Below are positions 47,193 to 58,200 of a DNA stretch of 64,000 nucleotides, one piece after another. Both the position numbers and the translations under genes were made by a program. The notes under the pieces are model-generated. The model was not told where the DNA came from. It made no database searches and saw only the letters and a list, made by a program, of their open reading frames with translations. This DNA comes from a virus, in the IMG/VR virus record IMGVR_UViG_3300001683_000028, positions 3,891-67,890 of that record; one strand, given 5' to 3'. Within the stretch, counting starts at the first letter, position 1; each line of letters opens with the position of its first letter.

Positions 47193-48968
47193 ATGGCCTT
47201 AAAAAACAAGAATGAAAACAAGCTATTTGAGCAGCTAAGATCAAGCTTTCTGGATTTAGATCCAGCACACTTTGTAAGGAATAACTTAACGATAGATGGC
47301 ATGGAATTTAATGTGTCGGGCAATGGATGGAAGTTCATGCTCGACATATATAGGTATATTGCGCTTCAAGCCACTCAAAAGTCTGGAAAGCCCGTTATAA
47401 TAAAAAAAGGAAGACAGGTCGGAGCTACGATGATGGCTGGGGCGTTAGATCTTTATTTTACAAATAGCGGCTTATTTTCTAACCCTCCAATAAGAGTTAT
47501 CCACCTATTTCCATCACTTGGGCAGGTTAAAAAATTTACACAAGACAAGCTAGAAACTCTAATAAGAACAGCTAAAGATGATTTTGTAAATAATAATAAG
47601 TTATCTGGGACAAATGCAGTTGATAATCTTACAATGAAGCAGTTTAATACTGGGACATTGTGGGTTGATAGCCTTGGTCTCGACGGCGACAGAATACGTG
47701 GCATGACTGCTGATGTAGCATTTTTTGATGAATTTCAAGACTGTGTTGGATTGGCGGTTGGTAACGCTACAAAAATTTTAACAGCAGCAAAATATGGTCC
47801 GACAGCTCAGGGTGTGCAGGTTTACTTTGGGACTCCAAAGGCTAGAAATAGTAATTTTGCTGCGACATGGGAGTTGTCAGATCAAAGGTATTATCATCTC
47901 GGATGTATAAGTTGTAAGGAAACTTATCCATTTTATTTGCCGGAAGATAATAGGTGGCAAGAGATCTGGGTTAGTGGAAATACAATTAAGTGTCCAATGT
48001 GTGCCTTCACGCAAAAAAAGATTGAAGCTATTGATGCTGGAAGGTGGGTAGCTACTAAGTCAGAGTCAGAATCTAAATATGTTGGCTTTCACATAAATCA
48101 GCTCTATATACCTTATTTTACAAAAGAGGCGATAGAAAACCTTATGCCTGAAAATAATCCAACTCAATCAGAAAGAATCTGGAATAATGAGGTAATTGGA
48201 GAGTTTTATTCGGGGGCTGGGATGCCTATAACTAGGGCAGAAATATATGAAAAGTGTAGAGATCAAGATAGGTCTTTCTCGAAAAGAATAGATGAGCAGG
48301 ATCAGTCAGTATATCTTGGCGTTGACTGGGGAGGGAAAGGAGATGATAAAAATAGTATAGGCGGCCAATCATATTCTTGCGTTGTGATTTTATCTGCTCA
48401 GCCGGATGGTACGCTGTTGGTTGAGCACGCACACAAGTTGAGAAAAACCAATTTTGACTATAAAAAAGATACAATACATGAAATGTATAGGAGATTTGGA
48501 GTAAAAAGAGGTGTGTCGGACTGGTTCTTTGGGCAGGATGTTGTTCAAGATCTTCAAATGCGATATGGTGAAAAGTTTCTTGGAGCACAGGGAAGTGGGA
48601 ATTTATCAAAACCAATAAAATATCGTCAGGATGAACTAATAGTATCATATAATAAAGATCTTTTAATTGAAGAAGTTTTTGATCTGTTTAGGAAGGGTAA
48701 GATTAGGTTTCCGTGGAAAAGTTTTGAGTATATTGAGTGGTTAATTGATCACTGCACCTCTATGGAGTCAAAAATAAGAACAACAGGGGGTCAACCAATT
48801 AAAACTTTTCAAAAGGGGCCTGGCCCTAACGATGGCCTTATGGCGCTAATGTATGCATATATGGCTTATAAATTTGATATAACAAGCGGCTTTACTGTTA
48901 AGCCGGGACTAAAAAGAAGTGTTGAATCATTATCTCCAGTAATAGCAAGAGTTGGCAGAAGAATATAG
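47193..48968 (+). CDS. terL: terminase large subunit (lambda GpA-like ATPase plus RNase H nuclease)
   Basis: KKGRQVGAT, IRG..FFDEFQD, GTP, SDQRYY..CISC..CPMC, GFHINQLY, GVDWG, PNDGLMA. Confidence 0.9.
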   Translation: MALKNKNENKLFEQLRSSFLDLDPAHFVRNNLTIDGMEFNVSGNGWKFMLDIYRYIALQATQKSGKPVIIKKGRQVGATMMAGALDLYFTNSGLFSNPPIRVIHLFPSLGQVKKFTQDKLETLIRTAKDDFVNNNKLSGTNAVDNLTMKQFNTGTLWVDSLGLDGDRIRGMTADVAFFDEFQDCVGLAVGNATKILTAAKYGPTAQGVQVYFGTPKARNSNFAATWELSDQRYYHLGCISCKETYPFYLPEDNRWQEIWVSGNTIKCPMCAFTQKKIEAIDAGRWVATKSESESKYVGFHINQLYIPYFTKEAIENLMPENNPTQSERIWNNEVIGEFYSGAGMPITRAEIYEKCRDQDRSFSKRIDEQDQSVYLGVDWGGKGDDKNSIGGQSYSCVVILSAQPDGTLLVEHAHKLRKTNFDYKKDTIHEMYRRFGVKRGVSDWFFGQDVVQDLQMRYGEKFLGAQGSGNLSKPIKYRQDELIVSYNKDLLIEEVFDLFRKGKIRFPWKSFEYIEWLIDHCTSMESKIRTTGGQPIKTFQKGPGPNDGLMALMYAYMAYKFDITSGFTVKPGLKRSVESLSPVIARVGRRI

Positions 48969-48982
48969 AATAGAGGAATATT

Positions 48983-51787
48983 ATGAAAAGACAGGCTATA
49001 AAAAATAGTAAAATAACAAAGGCTGGGGCAGAATCTCTTTCTGACATTAGGCGTGCTGAAATTTCTAGTGCTATAAATGGCGGGCATCCAGAGGGGATGG
49101 TTACGGATAATACGCATAGTGCAATAGCTCATAGTCCAAGGTTTAGAAAGACTGCGTCTATAGCATCTCCAATGCCTGGGCCATCAGCGATGCATACTTC
49201 GGACAGGATGTCTCCAGAGATATACTCGCCACTATTTCAGCTAGCAAACCTAAACCTTCCACGGGATAGGGTTACGATGAATGCTTGGAATAGAGTTTTT
49301 TACGATACTCATCCTATAGTTAGAAATGCAATAAATCTTCATGCATCTTATCCGATAAGCAAAATCAATATAACATGTAAGAATAAGAAGGTTCAGCAGT
49401 TCTTTATGGAGATGGCGGAAAGGATCGATTTATACTCTGTTGTTTATGGTGCTGCGCTAGAATTTTGGAAGCAGGGAGAGGTCTTCCCATATGCTGAGCT
49501 TGATGAAAGGTCTGGTAACTGGAATAGAGTCACTATCTTAAACCCAGATTATGTTCACGTAAAAAAATCTGTAATTGGAAATAGCTCAATGATATCACTA
49601 AGGCCTGATGCTGGATTGCAAAGGGTTGTAAACTCATCATCGCCAGGTGATTCAGCGCTAAAGAAGCATATACCGAAACATATAGTTGATTACGTAAAGC
49701 GTGGACAAAATATTCCATTAGATGAGTTTAATATATCTCACCTAAAGCTTCTCAGCTCTCCCTATGATGTTAGGGGCACATCAATAATTGTATCCGTTTA
49801 TAAAGATCTGATGATGTACGACAAGTTGAGAGAGTCAAAGTTTGCACAGGCAGATGGAATGATAAATCCATTAACGCTAGTGACGCTTGGCGGGGAGAAC
49901 GATTATAGACCAACACAGGCGGACATTGAGGCGTTTAAAAATGTCCTAGAGGAAGCACAGTATGATAAGGACTTTAAGATAGTTACTCACTCTGGAGTAA
50001 AAATAGAAAGAGCCGGCTTTTCTGGCGGCGTTCTTGACATCTCAACTGATATATCATTAATATCGGATAATTTATATGCGGGGCTTATGGCTCCCAAGGC
50101 GCTTTTTGATCAAGAAAGTGCATGCCTCAAGGTATCAGATAATGAAATTCTTACTGAGCTCAGCGGATGGAAGTTCTTTGATGATTTATCCGAAGATGAT
50201 AAAATCGCAACTGTAAATCCGAAAACTAAAGCTTTGGAATTTCACAAGCCAACCTTTTATAAGGATTATGAATTTACAGGTATGATGTATCATTTTAAAA
50301 ATCAAGAAGTAGATGTTGAGGTGACTGACTTTCATGAAATGTTCATCTCTAGAGATGGTGGCGGCAGCTACAGCAAGGAGCGCGCCCTTGGCATTTTTGA
50401 TATTGAAGAGATAAGTTCGGATATTCCATTTTCGAGTCGCCATAAGAAAAATGTTAGATTTATGACGGCAGTTAATTCTTGGCGTGGGACTCCTGGTTCG
50501 GAACATGTTTCTGTCCCATTTAGAGCTCGATATTCCAATGTGGATTCCGAGATAGAAATTCCGCTAGATGATTGGTTGGAGTTTGTCGGGTATTATTTGT
50601 CGGAAGGCCATCTAAGGCGTAGAAATGATAAAAGTGCTGGCAATAAATATATGACGCCAATGGGAGTCGACGTTACACAGCAAGTAGACGGAAAAGGCTT
50701 CGTCAAGATGGCGAAGCTGTTTGAAAGAATGCCCTACAGTGTCAATATAACTGGAGCAAATAGTCGTCGCAGAACCTGGAACATTATGAATGGGATGTTG
50801 GCAGAGTATGTGGTTGGTAATTATGGAGAGAAGAGCTCTGGAAAATATATTCCCAATTGGATAAAAAATCTCCCCAAGGATAAGTTGGAGATACTTTTAG
50901 ACGCTATGATACTTGGCGACGGGCACATTTTGAAGAATAGTGGCTCTGGATCATCCGTATATGCCACGATATCAAAACGCCTTGCTGATGATGTTCAGGA
51001 AATTGCATTTAAGTGCGGATACGCTACGAAGGCTAGATGGGAAGCTAAGAAAGCTAATGGAAAAGAGTATGCTCCATTGTGTAAAATTTCAATTCTCAAG
51101 AATGAAAACGCTAAGCGTGGGCCAATTCGGAAGATTAAGCCAATAGTTAAGCCAACAGATGTGTCTATAAATTGGGTGGAGAAAGAGCGAGTCTTTTGCG
51201 TAGAAGTTCCCAATCATGTATTTGTGACCAGAAGTAATGGGAAGATCGCTATTCACGGAAATTCATATGCAAGCTCATCTGTTGGGCTTGAAGTGTTGCG
51301 CCAGAGGTATGATATATTCAGAAATATGATGAAGAAATGGTTAGAAAGAAAGATATTTGCACCAATATGTGAAATACAAGATTTTTTTGAATATGTTGAT
51401 GGAGAAAAGAGGTTGCAAATACCATCAATTGACTTTAACCATATGAATCTGTATGATATGGGGGATTATATAACAAATATTGGACAGTTCGTAGGGAACA
51501 AGCAAGTATCGTTACAAACGTTGCATAGAAGCTTGGGCCTCTCATATGAAGAAGAAAGGAGGAGGCTCAAGGAAGAAGTTATTGACGATGCAATATTTAC
51601 GAAGGAGCAGCAGATACTTGGAGAAATGAGGTTGGCAGAATTGATGGCAATTGATCCGGAAAAGGCGATACCAGAACCAGCCGAAGGCGCGACAGGCGGT
51701 GAAATCCCTGGAGTCGATGCCGGTGGTGGCGGTGACATGGGCGGTGGTGACATGGGCGGTGGTGACATGGGCGGTTCGCCAATGTAA
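48983..51787 (+). CDS. portal protein precursor containing an intein (about 554 aa after splicing)
   Basis: Directly follows terL; HPIVRNAINLH..P, GEVFPY, ILNPDYV, ISHLK..PYDVRGTSII portal-like pattern. Confidence 0.8.
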   Translation: MKRQAIKNSKITKAGAESLSDIRRAEISSAINGGHPEGMVTDNTHSAIAHSPRFRKTASIASPMPGPSAMHTSDRMSPEIYSPLFQLANLNLPRDRVTMNAWNRVFYDTHPIVRNAINLHASYPISKINITCKNKKVQQFFMEMAERIDLYSVVYGAALEFWKQGEVFPYAELDERSGNWNRVTILNPDYVHVKKSVIGNSSMISLRPDAGLQRVVNSSSPGDSALKKHIPKHIVDYVKRGQNIPLDEFNISHLKLLSSPYDVRGTSIIVSVYKDLMMYDKLRESKFAQADGMINPLTLVTLGGENDYRPTQADIEAFKNVLEEAQYDKDFKIVTHSGVKIERAGFSGGVLDISTDISLISDNLYAGLMAPKALFDQESACLKVSDNEILTELSGWKFFDDLSEDDKIATVNPKTKALEFHKPTFYKDYEFTGMMYHFKNQEVDVEVTDFHEMFISRDGGGSYSKERALGIFDIEEISSDIPFSSRHKKNVRFMTAVNSWRGTPGSEHVSVPFRARYSNVDSEIEIPLDDWLEFVGYYLSEGHLRRRNDKSAGNKYMTPMGVDVTQQVDGKGFVKMAKLFERMPYSVNITGANSRRRTWNIMNGMLAEYVVGNYGEKSSGKYIPNWIKNLPKDKLEILLDAMILGDGHILKNSGSGSSVYATISKRLADDVQEIAFKCGYATKARWEAKKANGKEYAPLCKISILKNENAKRGPIRKIKPIVKPTDVSINWVEKERVFCVEVPNHVFVTRSNGKIAIHGNSYASSSVGLEVLRQRYDIFRNMMKKWLERKIFAPICEIQDFFEYVDGEKRLQIPSIDFNHMNLYDMGDYITNIGQFVGNKQVSLQTLHRSLGLSYEEERRRLKEEVIDDAIFTKEQQILGEMRLAELMAIDPEKAIPEPAEGATGGEIPGVDAGGGGDMGGGDMGGGDMGGSPM
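50123..51262 (+). mobile_element. intein with LAGLIDADG homing endonuclease (380 aa)
   Basis: Begins with C (CLKVSDNEILT); block B VTDFHEM; LAGLIDADG helices VGYYLSEG and LDAMILGDG; ends VFCVEVPNHVF..IHGN followed by Ser. Confidence 0.92.
51725..51775 (+). repeat. 15-nt tandem repeat (GGGDM x3) at the portal C-terminus
   Basis: GGCGGTGGTGACATG units. Confidence 0.85.
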
Positions 51788-51791
51788 ATTC

Positions 51792-51801
51792 CTATTAATT
51801 A
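51792..51801 (+). promoter_or_regulatory. YTAYTAATW motif
   Basis: CTATTAATTA 5 nt after the portal stop. Confidence 0.55.
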
Positions 51802-51845
51802 TTAATATTCATTTGATAACTTTATATTTTTAAGGATTTATTAGA

Positions 51846-52079
51846 ATGAGCAGGAAGATTATTGATAGGCTTAATAAAATAGCAAGTTCAGCGGGTACTA
51901 CTCCAGTTTACGAAACTATTGACCCAGATGGTAATAGTGTCACCTTTACTCCAGCATCATTAGTCGCTTCAGGCGGCAAGGCGAAATCAAAGTCTGGAAA
52001 ACCATTTCGTGTAAAAAAATGGAAAGGAAAATCCCTGGCGGGCAAGGTCTTGGATAAAAATTTTGGGAAAGTAAAGTAG
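51846..52079 (+). CDS. small basic hypothetical protein
   Basis: AAGGA RBS; LNKIAS then a Lys-rich C-terminus. Confidence 0.65.
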   Translation: MSRKIIDRLNKIASSAGTTPVYETIDPDGNSVTFTPASLVASGGKAKSKSGKPFRVKKWKGKSLAGKVLDKNFGKVK

Positions 52080-52095
52080 TAGTAATTAGGTTATT

Positions 52096-52917
52096 ATGAA
52101 TAAAGAATCATATACTTCTGGGCCGACAGTTATGCGCCTGCCTACGTTAGATCGCTCAAAGACAATTTCTACGCCTGATTCATATAGCTCTACATCTGAA
52201 GATGGTATGCCAGAAGGATCGAGAGGGCTATCTATGCCCTTGGAGTCATCACAAGTTCCTCTATATAGAGATAACGAAGATAGAGAGAGTGATGAGTCAT
52301 CAAGTGGCGGGGGAAACCACGAAATAACAAATTTTGATAACCTATCCAAGCTGCTGGTGGAGCTTTCTGATGATTTAGACAAGTCTAACAAGCATAAACT
52401 GGCAGATTTTGCAGATTTTTTATTGATTAAGATTGCGGAGGGCAGCACAAAAGATTATGAAAGATTATTTAGATTAGCAATAATAAATATTGCAAATTCA
52501 GATATTGTTAATTCGGGGAAGCTTGTTTCCGCTGCTGTTGAAAAATATAGTAATATGATTTTATCTGGGCTTAAAGATGAGAAGGCGTATAACGCTTCTC
52601 TGGAGGGGTTATTCCTATCTCAAGATATGCTTAGCAAGCATGCTCAAATATTGGAGATGAATCCAAGTTATGTTGCAGATCAATTACATAAAATAATAAA
52701 AATAATGTTAGCAAAAATTAGTCCAGAAAAAAGAAGTGGGTCATTTAAAAATGTTGCAAATAAATTATCTGACTTTAATGTGCTTGAGATATCAAATAAG
52801 AAAGCGCCTGGTGGCGCAGCGATTGGGGCAAGCTTGGGCCTTGTAAAGAATGTTTTAAATAGCAAGGATTCTTATTTTGTTAATGTAGTTTTAAAAGAAT
52901 TAATTAAAAGACTTTAG
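52096..52917 (+). CDS. hypothetical protein (putative internal head protein)
   Basis: Contains the LVELSDDLDKSNKHKLADFADFLLIKIA module. Confidence 0.7.
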   Translation: MNKESYTSGPTVMRLPTLDRSKTISTPDSYSSTSEDGMPEGSRGLSMPLESSQVPLYRDNEDRESDESSSGGGNHEITNFDNLSKLLVELSDDLDKSNKHKLADFADFLLIKIAEGSTKDYERLFRLAIINIANSDIVNSGKLVSAAVEKYSNMILSGLKDEKAYNASLEGLFLSQDMLSKHAQILEMNPSYVADQLHKIIKIMLAKISPEKRSGSFKNVANKLSDFNVLEISNKKAPGGAAIGASLGLVKNVLNSKDSYFVNVVLKELIKRL

Positions 52918-52925
52918 GTGAAAAT

Positions 52926-54962
52926 ATGAGAAAGGTAGCTTACCCATGGATTGATGGTCATGATCAATCTTCAGAATTATCCAATAATCCAATAGATGAC
53001 ACAACATCTCCATGGTATGATACTTTTAGTCCAAGCGGTGGTAGGTCTGACATTATTCGCGATACTGATAATCATTCTTTGGTTGAATATTCTGAAGGAA
53101 TAATTAGCCCAGTTGACGAGCTTGAGGAGCTGTTAATATCTTTGGACAAAGATAAGAGCAATTCTGGAGTGCTAGTTGTCGAGGCAAGCCGACTTGCAAA
53201 GACGCTAAGGAGTGCTGGATATAATATTGTCAGCTTCACTAGGGATTCTTATGAGATAGATGATGAATATATCCGAAAAATATCCGGAGACATAAGGTTT
53301 TATAATTTCGATAAAAAATTTGATGTCATTTTATTTGATGGAAATGTGATAAGCTCGAAAATAGCATATAAAAATATATCAAATCATTTATGTGCACACG
53401 CTTATTTGGTCGACCTTGCCGGCAAAGCATATATTAAAGATAGCAGAGAAGGCACAACTATAGCTAGGGTTGAATTGAGAAACGGTGATTTGTTCTCTTT
53501 TAAGTGTGATGTTGCGTCTGATAATAGAACAAAGACCATAGGCCTTCAGTCATATTCATCCCTGCCTAATGATTCTGGATTATTATTTAAATATGGATCA
53601 CCAATAGATGTTACGTTTCATATGGGGACGGTTGGGTTCCCAATTGATATAATATTTGCAGATGAAAATGGAATAATATTAAAAATATCAAGCAGCATAA
53701 AGCCAGGAAGCTTAGGGTTGTACTCTTGCACGAATGTTAAGAGCGTATTGGAGATTGCAGGCGGCTCCGCTCGCGAGCTTGGAATCGCTGTAGGTGATGT
53801 TATTTATGACGGCGGGCCCGATGGCCTTGAAGAGGCGCTGATAAGCGGACGTAACCTTGGCGGCCTAATATCTAAAAAGTCTACCGTAGGGCTAACAAAG
53901 CTTGGTGTTTATAGGGAGTATTTCAAGAAGGAAAGACTGCAAGAGCAGGGAGTTAGCGTATTCTCACTAGATGAACAGGTTTTCTCAGATAACTCATTTT
54001 TAAAAGTTTATTCCGCGAGACCTGTATCTAAAGAGGACTTAAAAATATATAGAGATGTAAATAATTGTACGTTTGCCTCAGACCTGCCTCCGGTTTCTAT
54101 TTCGTTAAGTAATTTTGAAAATTCAAGTATATTAAAATCTTCGAGAAATAGGATATCAGTTGGGCCGAACCAAAGTATGGACGGACTAGTAATTGACAAG
54201 GTTTCGCTGGAAAGTATTAATTCAGAATTGAAAAATGGCAAGAGGGTTGTAGTCGCAACAAAAAGTAATTTAGATAATAAATGTTTTGAATTTATTTTGC
54301 ACTCCAAGCTTGCTTCTGTATTCCCAGGAGTAAGTTACGAAAACAAATTATTAATAATGAATATTCCGGATAATTTTGATGATTATGATATAATTTGTGC
54401 TGCGAAAGATAAGTATTTGACGAATAACGCAAAGTTTTTTGATGGACGGATAGTGAAAACAGCTGGCGTTCCAGTCCCGGACGGAGTAAAAGCTAAGGCG
54501 AAACATGCAAGAAGATTTTTCGTAAGAGCAGAGGAAAATATAGAAAAGATATCAAATGATCTCAATCATAACGTAGCCGAATATGAAAAGTTTGCGTCAG
54601 ATTTAGATGCAGTTAAAAGTTCGAAGGGTGAATTCAATAGATCCTCAAAGAGAGTTTCGAAAAAAGTAAAAAGCATACTTGTTGAAGTTAGAGATGGAAT
54701 AAGAATTTTAAATTCAATAAAAGATGTATCATCTACAATTGAAATGATAGATAGGCTCACCGTTGGTGCCAAGGAGTATTCTCGTCATATTAATGATATT
54801 TTCGCGCTAATTAATATAATTAGCTCGCCAGATTTCGTTACAAAGCATTCTGAGAATGTTAGTAAGGCGGTTGCTCTGGGGGGAGATCTTTCTAGTTCGC
54901 TAATAAGGGCTAAGAATTATATTGATTCAAATATTCTTGGCATAACAATTTTATCAGAATAG
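52926..54962 (+). CDS. multidomain protein with a central DUF192 domain
   Basis: DVA..KTIGLQ..SLPNDSGLLF..FHMGTVGFPIDIIF.D..G..VLEIAGG..LGIAVGD. Confidence 0.75.
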   Translation: MRKVAYPWIDGHDQSSELSNNPIDDTTSPWYDTFSPSGGRSDIIRDTDNHSLVEYSEGIISPVDELEELLISLDKDKSNSGVLVVEASRLAKTLRSAGYNIVSFTRDSYEIDDEYIRKISGDIRFYNFDKKFDVILFDGNVISSKIAYKNISNHLCAHAYLVDLAGKAYIKDSREGTTIARVELRNGDLFSFKCDVASDNRTKTIGLQSYSSLPNDSGLLFKYGSPIDVTFHMGTVGFPIDIIFADENGIILKISSSIKPGSLGLYSCTNVKSVLEIAGGSARELGIAVGDVIYDGGPDGLEEALISGRNLGGLISKKSTVGLTKLGVYREYFKKERLQEQGVSVFSLDEQVFSDNSFLKVYSARPVSKEDLKIYRDVNNCTFASDLPPVSISLSNFENSSILKSSRNRISVGPNQSMDGLVIDKVSLESINSELKNGKRVVVATKSNLDNKCFEFILHSKLASVFPGVSYENKLLIMNIPDNFDDYDIICAAKDKYLTNNAKFFDGRIVKTAGVPVPDGVKAKAKHARRFFVRAEENIEKISNDLNHNVAEYEKFASDLDAVKSSKGEFNRSSKRVSKKVKSILVEVRDGIRILNSIKDVSSTIEMIDRLTVGAKEYSRHINDIFALINIISSPDFVTKHSENVSKAVALGGDLSSSLIRAKNYIDSNILGITILSE

Positions 54963-54969
54963 AGGAATA

Positions 54970-55137
54970 ATGTTTATTAAATTCGGAGACAAAACTAAAA
55001 AGCTTACAGTTAAAAGTGGCAAAAAAAAGAATTCCAAAGAAGAGGTGGATGTAATATATCTTGACTCTGAGGATCGTAAGGCAAAAATTTTAAAAGAGTC
55101 AGTTGATGAAGACGAAAAGAAATGCATTGACGAATAG
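54970..55137 (+). CDS. small charged hypothetical protein (55 aa, below the ORF-track cutoff)
   Basis: GAGGA RBS then MFIKFGDKTKKLTVK...KKCIDE*; fills the gap on the coding strand. Confidence 0.6.
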   Translation: MFIKFGDKTKKLTVKSGKKKNSKEEVDVIYLDSEDRKAKILKESVDEDEKKCIDE

Positions 55138-55241
55138 TCGAATGCAAAAGTTACATTAATTCCCATTTATAATAATAATCATAAATAAACTGAATATATA
55201 GTATTTTAATATTGACAAAACTTTATAAGGCTAATAGATAA

Positions 55242-58200
55242 ATGATAAAGAAAATATCAGCCTCACCAGAGGGTAAGATATCAGAAATAAGTAGTGATAA
55301 CATATTGGCATCACCAGAGCTTGTAGAGAGAATGAGCAAGGTGGCAGGCGATATTCGCAATATTGCTCCAAGATCTGATGACTTTACTTACTTTTCAATT
55401 ATTTTTTTAAAGTCAGCAGAAGCTGCACTTCTTGACGATTATGGTAAAATTAAAAAGACTGCTAGCGGAGAAGATGCTTGGGGATTTTTTGATGAAAACT
55501 GGAAGTGGCACGGAAATGTTCAGCCATTAAAAAATAACAATGGAGACATATTTCCTGAATCGGAGCTTAAGAAGGCGGCAAAAGATTGGGTTGGGAAGCC
55601 CCTCTGTAGAGATCATGAATCTAGTTCTGTAGATGGAATTAGAGGGATAATCTTAGACACCCACTATGACGATAAGTTTAGGCAGGTCGTAGGGCTTTGC
55701 GCTTTAGATAAGGTTAATTATCCAGACTTATCAAGTAAGGTTAAGTCGGGGCTAGTCAGGTATGGCTCAATGGGGACCGCAGTTGAAGAGGCGATATGTA
55801 CAGAGTGCCAAAAAAGAGCGAAGGTAGAATCTGATTATTGTAACTGCATAAAGACTGGCTCTAATTATGGAGAAATAAACGTTGGCCTTAAGCCAATCGA
55901 ATATAGCTTGGTAGTTCAGCCTGCAGAGCGTGGAGCCGTTCTTTTGAAGGTTTTCGCATCATTAAAAAAATATCAAAATGAATTTATAAATAATGGAGTT
56001 TCAAACGTAGATGAGATGCTCGGGAAGTTATCACTTGAGCGGGCGCAACATTTGGACGGGATAATGAAAACTGCATGTGGCGATGATGGCTGCTCTATAG
56101 ATAAGCGAGGGAAGATAGTTAGAAGCTTTTTGGAAAATAATAATCTCATAGAGCAATCAGTAGGTGAGCAGGTTGGATCAGGAGTCGATATAAGTGCAGC
56201 AGTAGATGTAACTACTATTGCCGAAAGAATTGAGAATCTTGATACATCAAATAATCCAGCCGTTCAAGAGTTACTGGAAAAGGCTCGTATTTTGGCCGGA
56301 GTAAGCGCCTCTAGTCCATCGTTATCATCTGGCACGCTAGTTAGTGGCGAGCCATCTGGCCTTCAAACTGGTGATGCTTCAAATCAAATTTTATTATCTG
56401 GTGATTCTGGTGATTCTCCAGATTTTCAAGATGAAAATGTAGCAGGTGTTTCGGTTCCTGCTCCCGGCGTAGCGGAAAATAGCACTGCATTCGCAGGTTC
56501 TAAAAAAACTGAAAATATAAGAAAACTTTCAATAAATAACATTATGGAGGATATAATGAATGAATCTAAGTTAAGAAGTCGTGCGGAGCTACGCCGTAGA
56601 GTAGCCTATCACCAGGGTGGATCAGAAGGCGTTGAGCCTAACACTTTCAAGGCAGAAAGCTTTGGATTTGATTCCGACAAGCAAATGCATCAAGATGCCA
56701 GCATGGGTGGAGCAGATGGTATGCACCCAGGTGATGCTGATCGCAAAGAGAAGCTCAGCAGAGCAGAACTTAATGCTCGAAGAATTCGCAGAAATGCTTA
56801 TCATCAGGGTGGGTCAGAAGGCGTCGAGCCTAACACTTTCAAGGCAGAAAGCTTTGGATTTGATTCCGACAAGCAAATGCATCAAGATGGCAGCATGGGC
56901 GGAGCAGATGGTCTGCACCCAGGTGATGCTGATCGCAAAGAGAAGCTCAGCAGAGCCAGTGATGGTCGGGGTCTTAGCAAGAGGTCTGGATTCTCCGGCC
57001 CTGCACTAAGAACTAGAATGGCCATAAAGAGAGATGGAAGAGGGACTCTAAATAAGAGCGCATCTATATTCGAGGTTATTTCTGGAGATAAGACTCTGAT
57101 AAGAGCAACTGCTGGTGAGATTTTTGGCAGCGAGCTTAATGATAATTGGGATTGGGTTACAAGCTCAGAATATGGAAGAGAAGTTTGCAAGCAAGTTCGT
57201 GCGAATGGAGTTTCGCACGTAAGAGGCCTGCTAAAGGGTGCTCAAGATGCTGCCGTAGAAGATCTTTTGGGCGACCTTGGTGGTGCGCCAGAAGCTGCCG
57301 GGGAAGATCTTTTGGGCGACCTTGGTGGTGCGCCTGCAGAGGGCGCTGGAGAAGATCTTTTGGGCGACCTTGGTGGTGCGCCAGAAGAAGGTGCAGAACT
57401 TGACCTTGGTGGTGCTCCAGAAGAAGGAGCAGAAGAGGCCGAGGGATCACCTAGCGAAGAAATAGATTCAAGGCTTGCCGACATGGAAGCCTTAATTGAT
57501 GAAATTAGAGACCTAACGGATAAGCTTGAAGACGAAAAGGTTGCAGATATTGATGTTAACATTAACTCTGGCGCAGGCGCTGGAGAGCAGGTTTCATCAG
57601 AAACAGTGGCACTCGCCAAGGAAGTCGGCAGCCAGCTAAAGATTGCCCGCGCCAAGCTTGATGAGTCAGCTGATGAGATATCAATGGTTGCAGAGACTTA
57701 TGATAATATATCTAAGCTCTCTGGAAGTCAGAGGTCACATTTTGCCAAACTAGCATCTGCGGCCATTAAGGATTCGGACGAGACGGCGGGGGAGGCGCGA
57801 GCGCTTATTAGAGTTGCTCAGGCAGTATTGGCAGAAGGATCTGATTTGCTTGATGATGGTGGTGCTAGCTTCGCAGAGGACGATGATGCTGGAGACGATT
57901 GCAGTGAGGATGGAGACTGCTCTGATGATTCTCATGATCATGCGCTAGTATCTGAGGCTATGGAATTGCGAAGGGGTCGCAGAGAGGCAATCTTGAAGCA
58001 GGCCGAAGATAGAGTTCTTGGCGAACGTCGTGCTGCAAGAGAAGCTCTTTTAGAAAAGTCTTCCATGGAGATGGTCAAAGAGGACGAGGCATCTGATCAT
58101 GACGAGGCATCTGATCATGACGAGGCATCTGATCATGACGAGGCATCTGATCATGACGAGGCATCTGATCACATAGAGGCTGTTGCATCAAATGGCCCTG

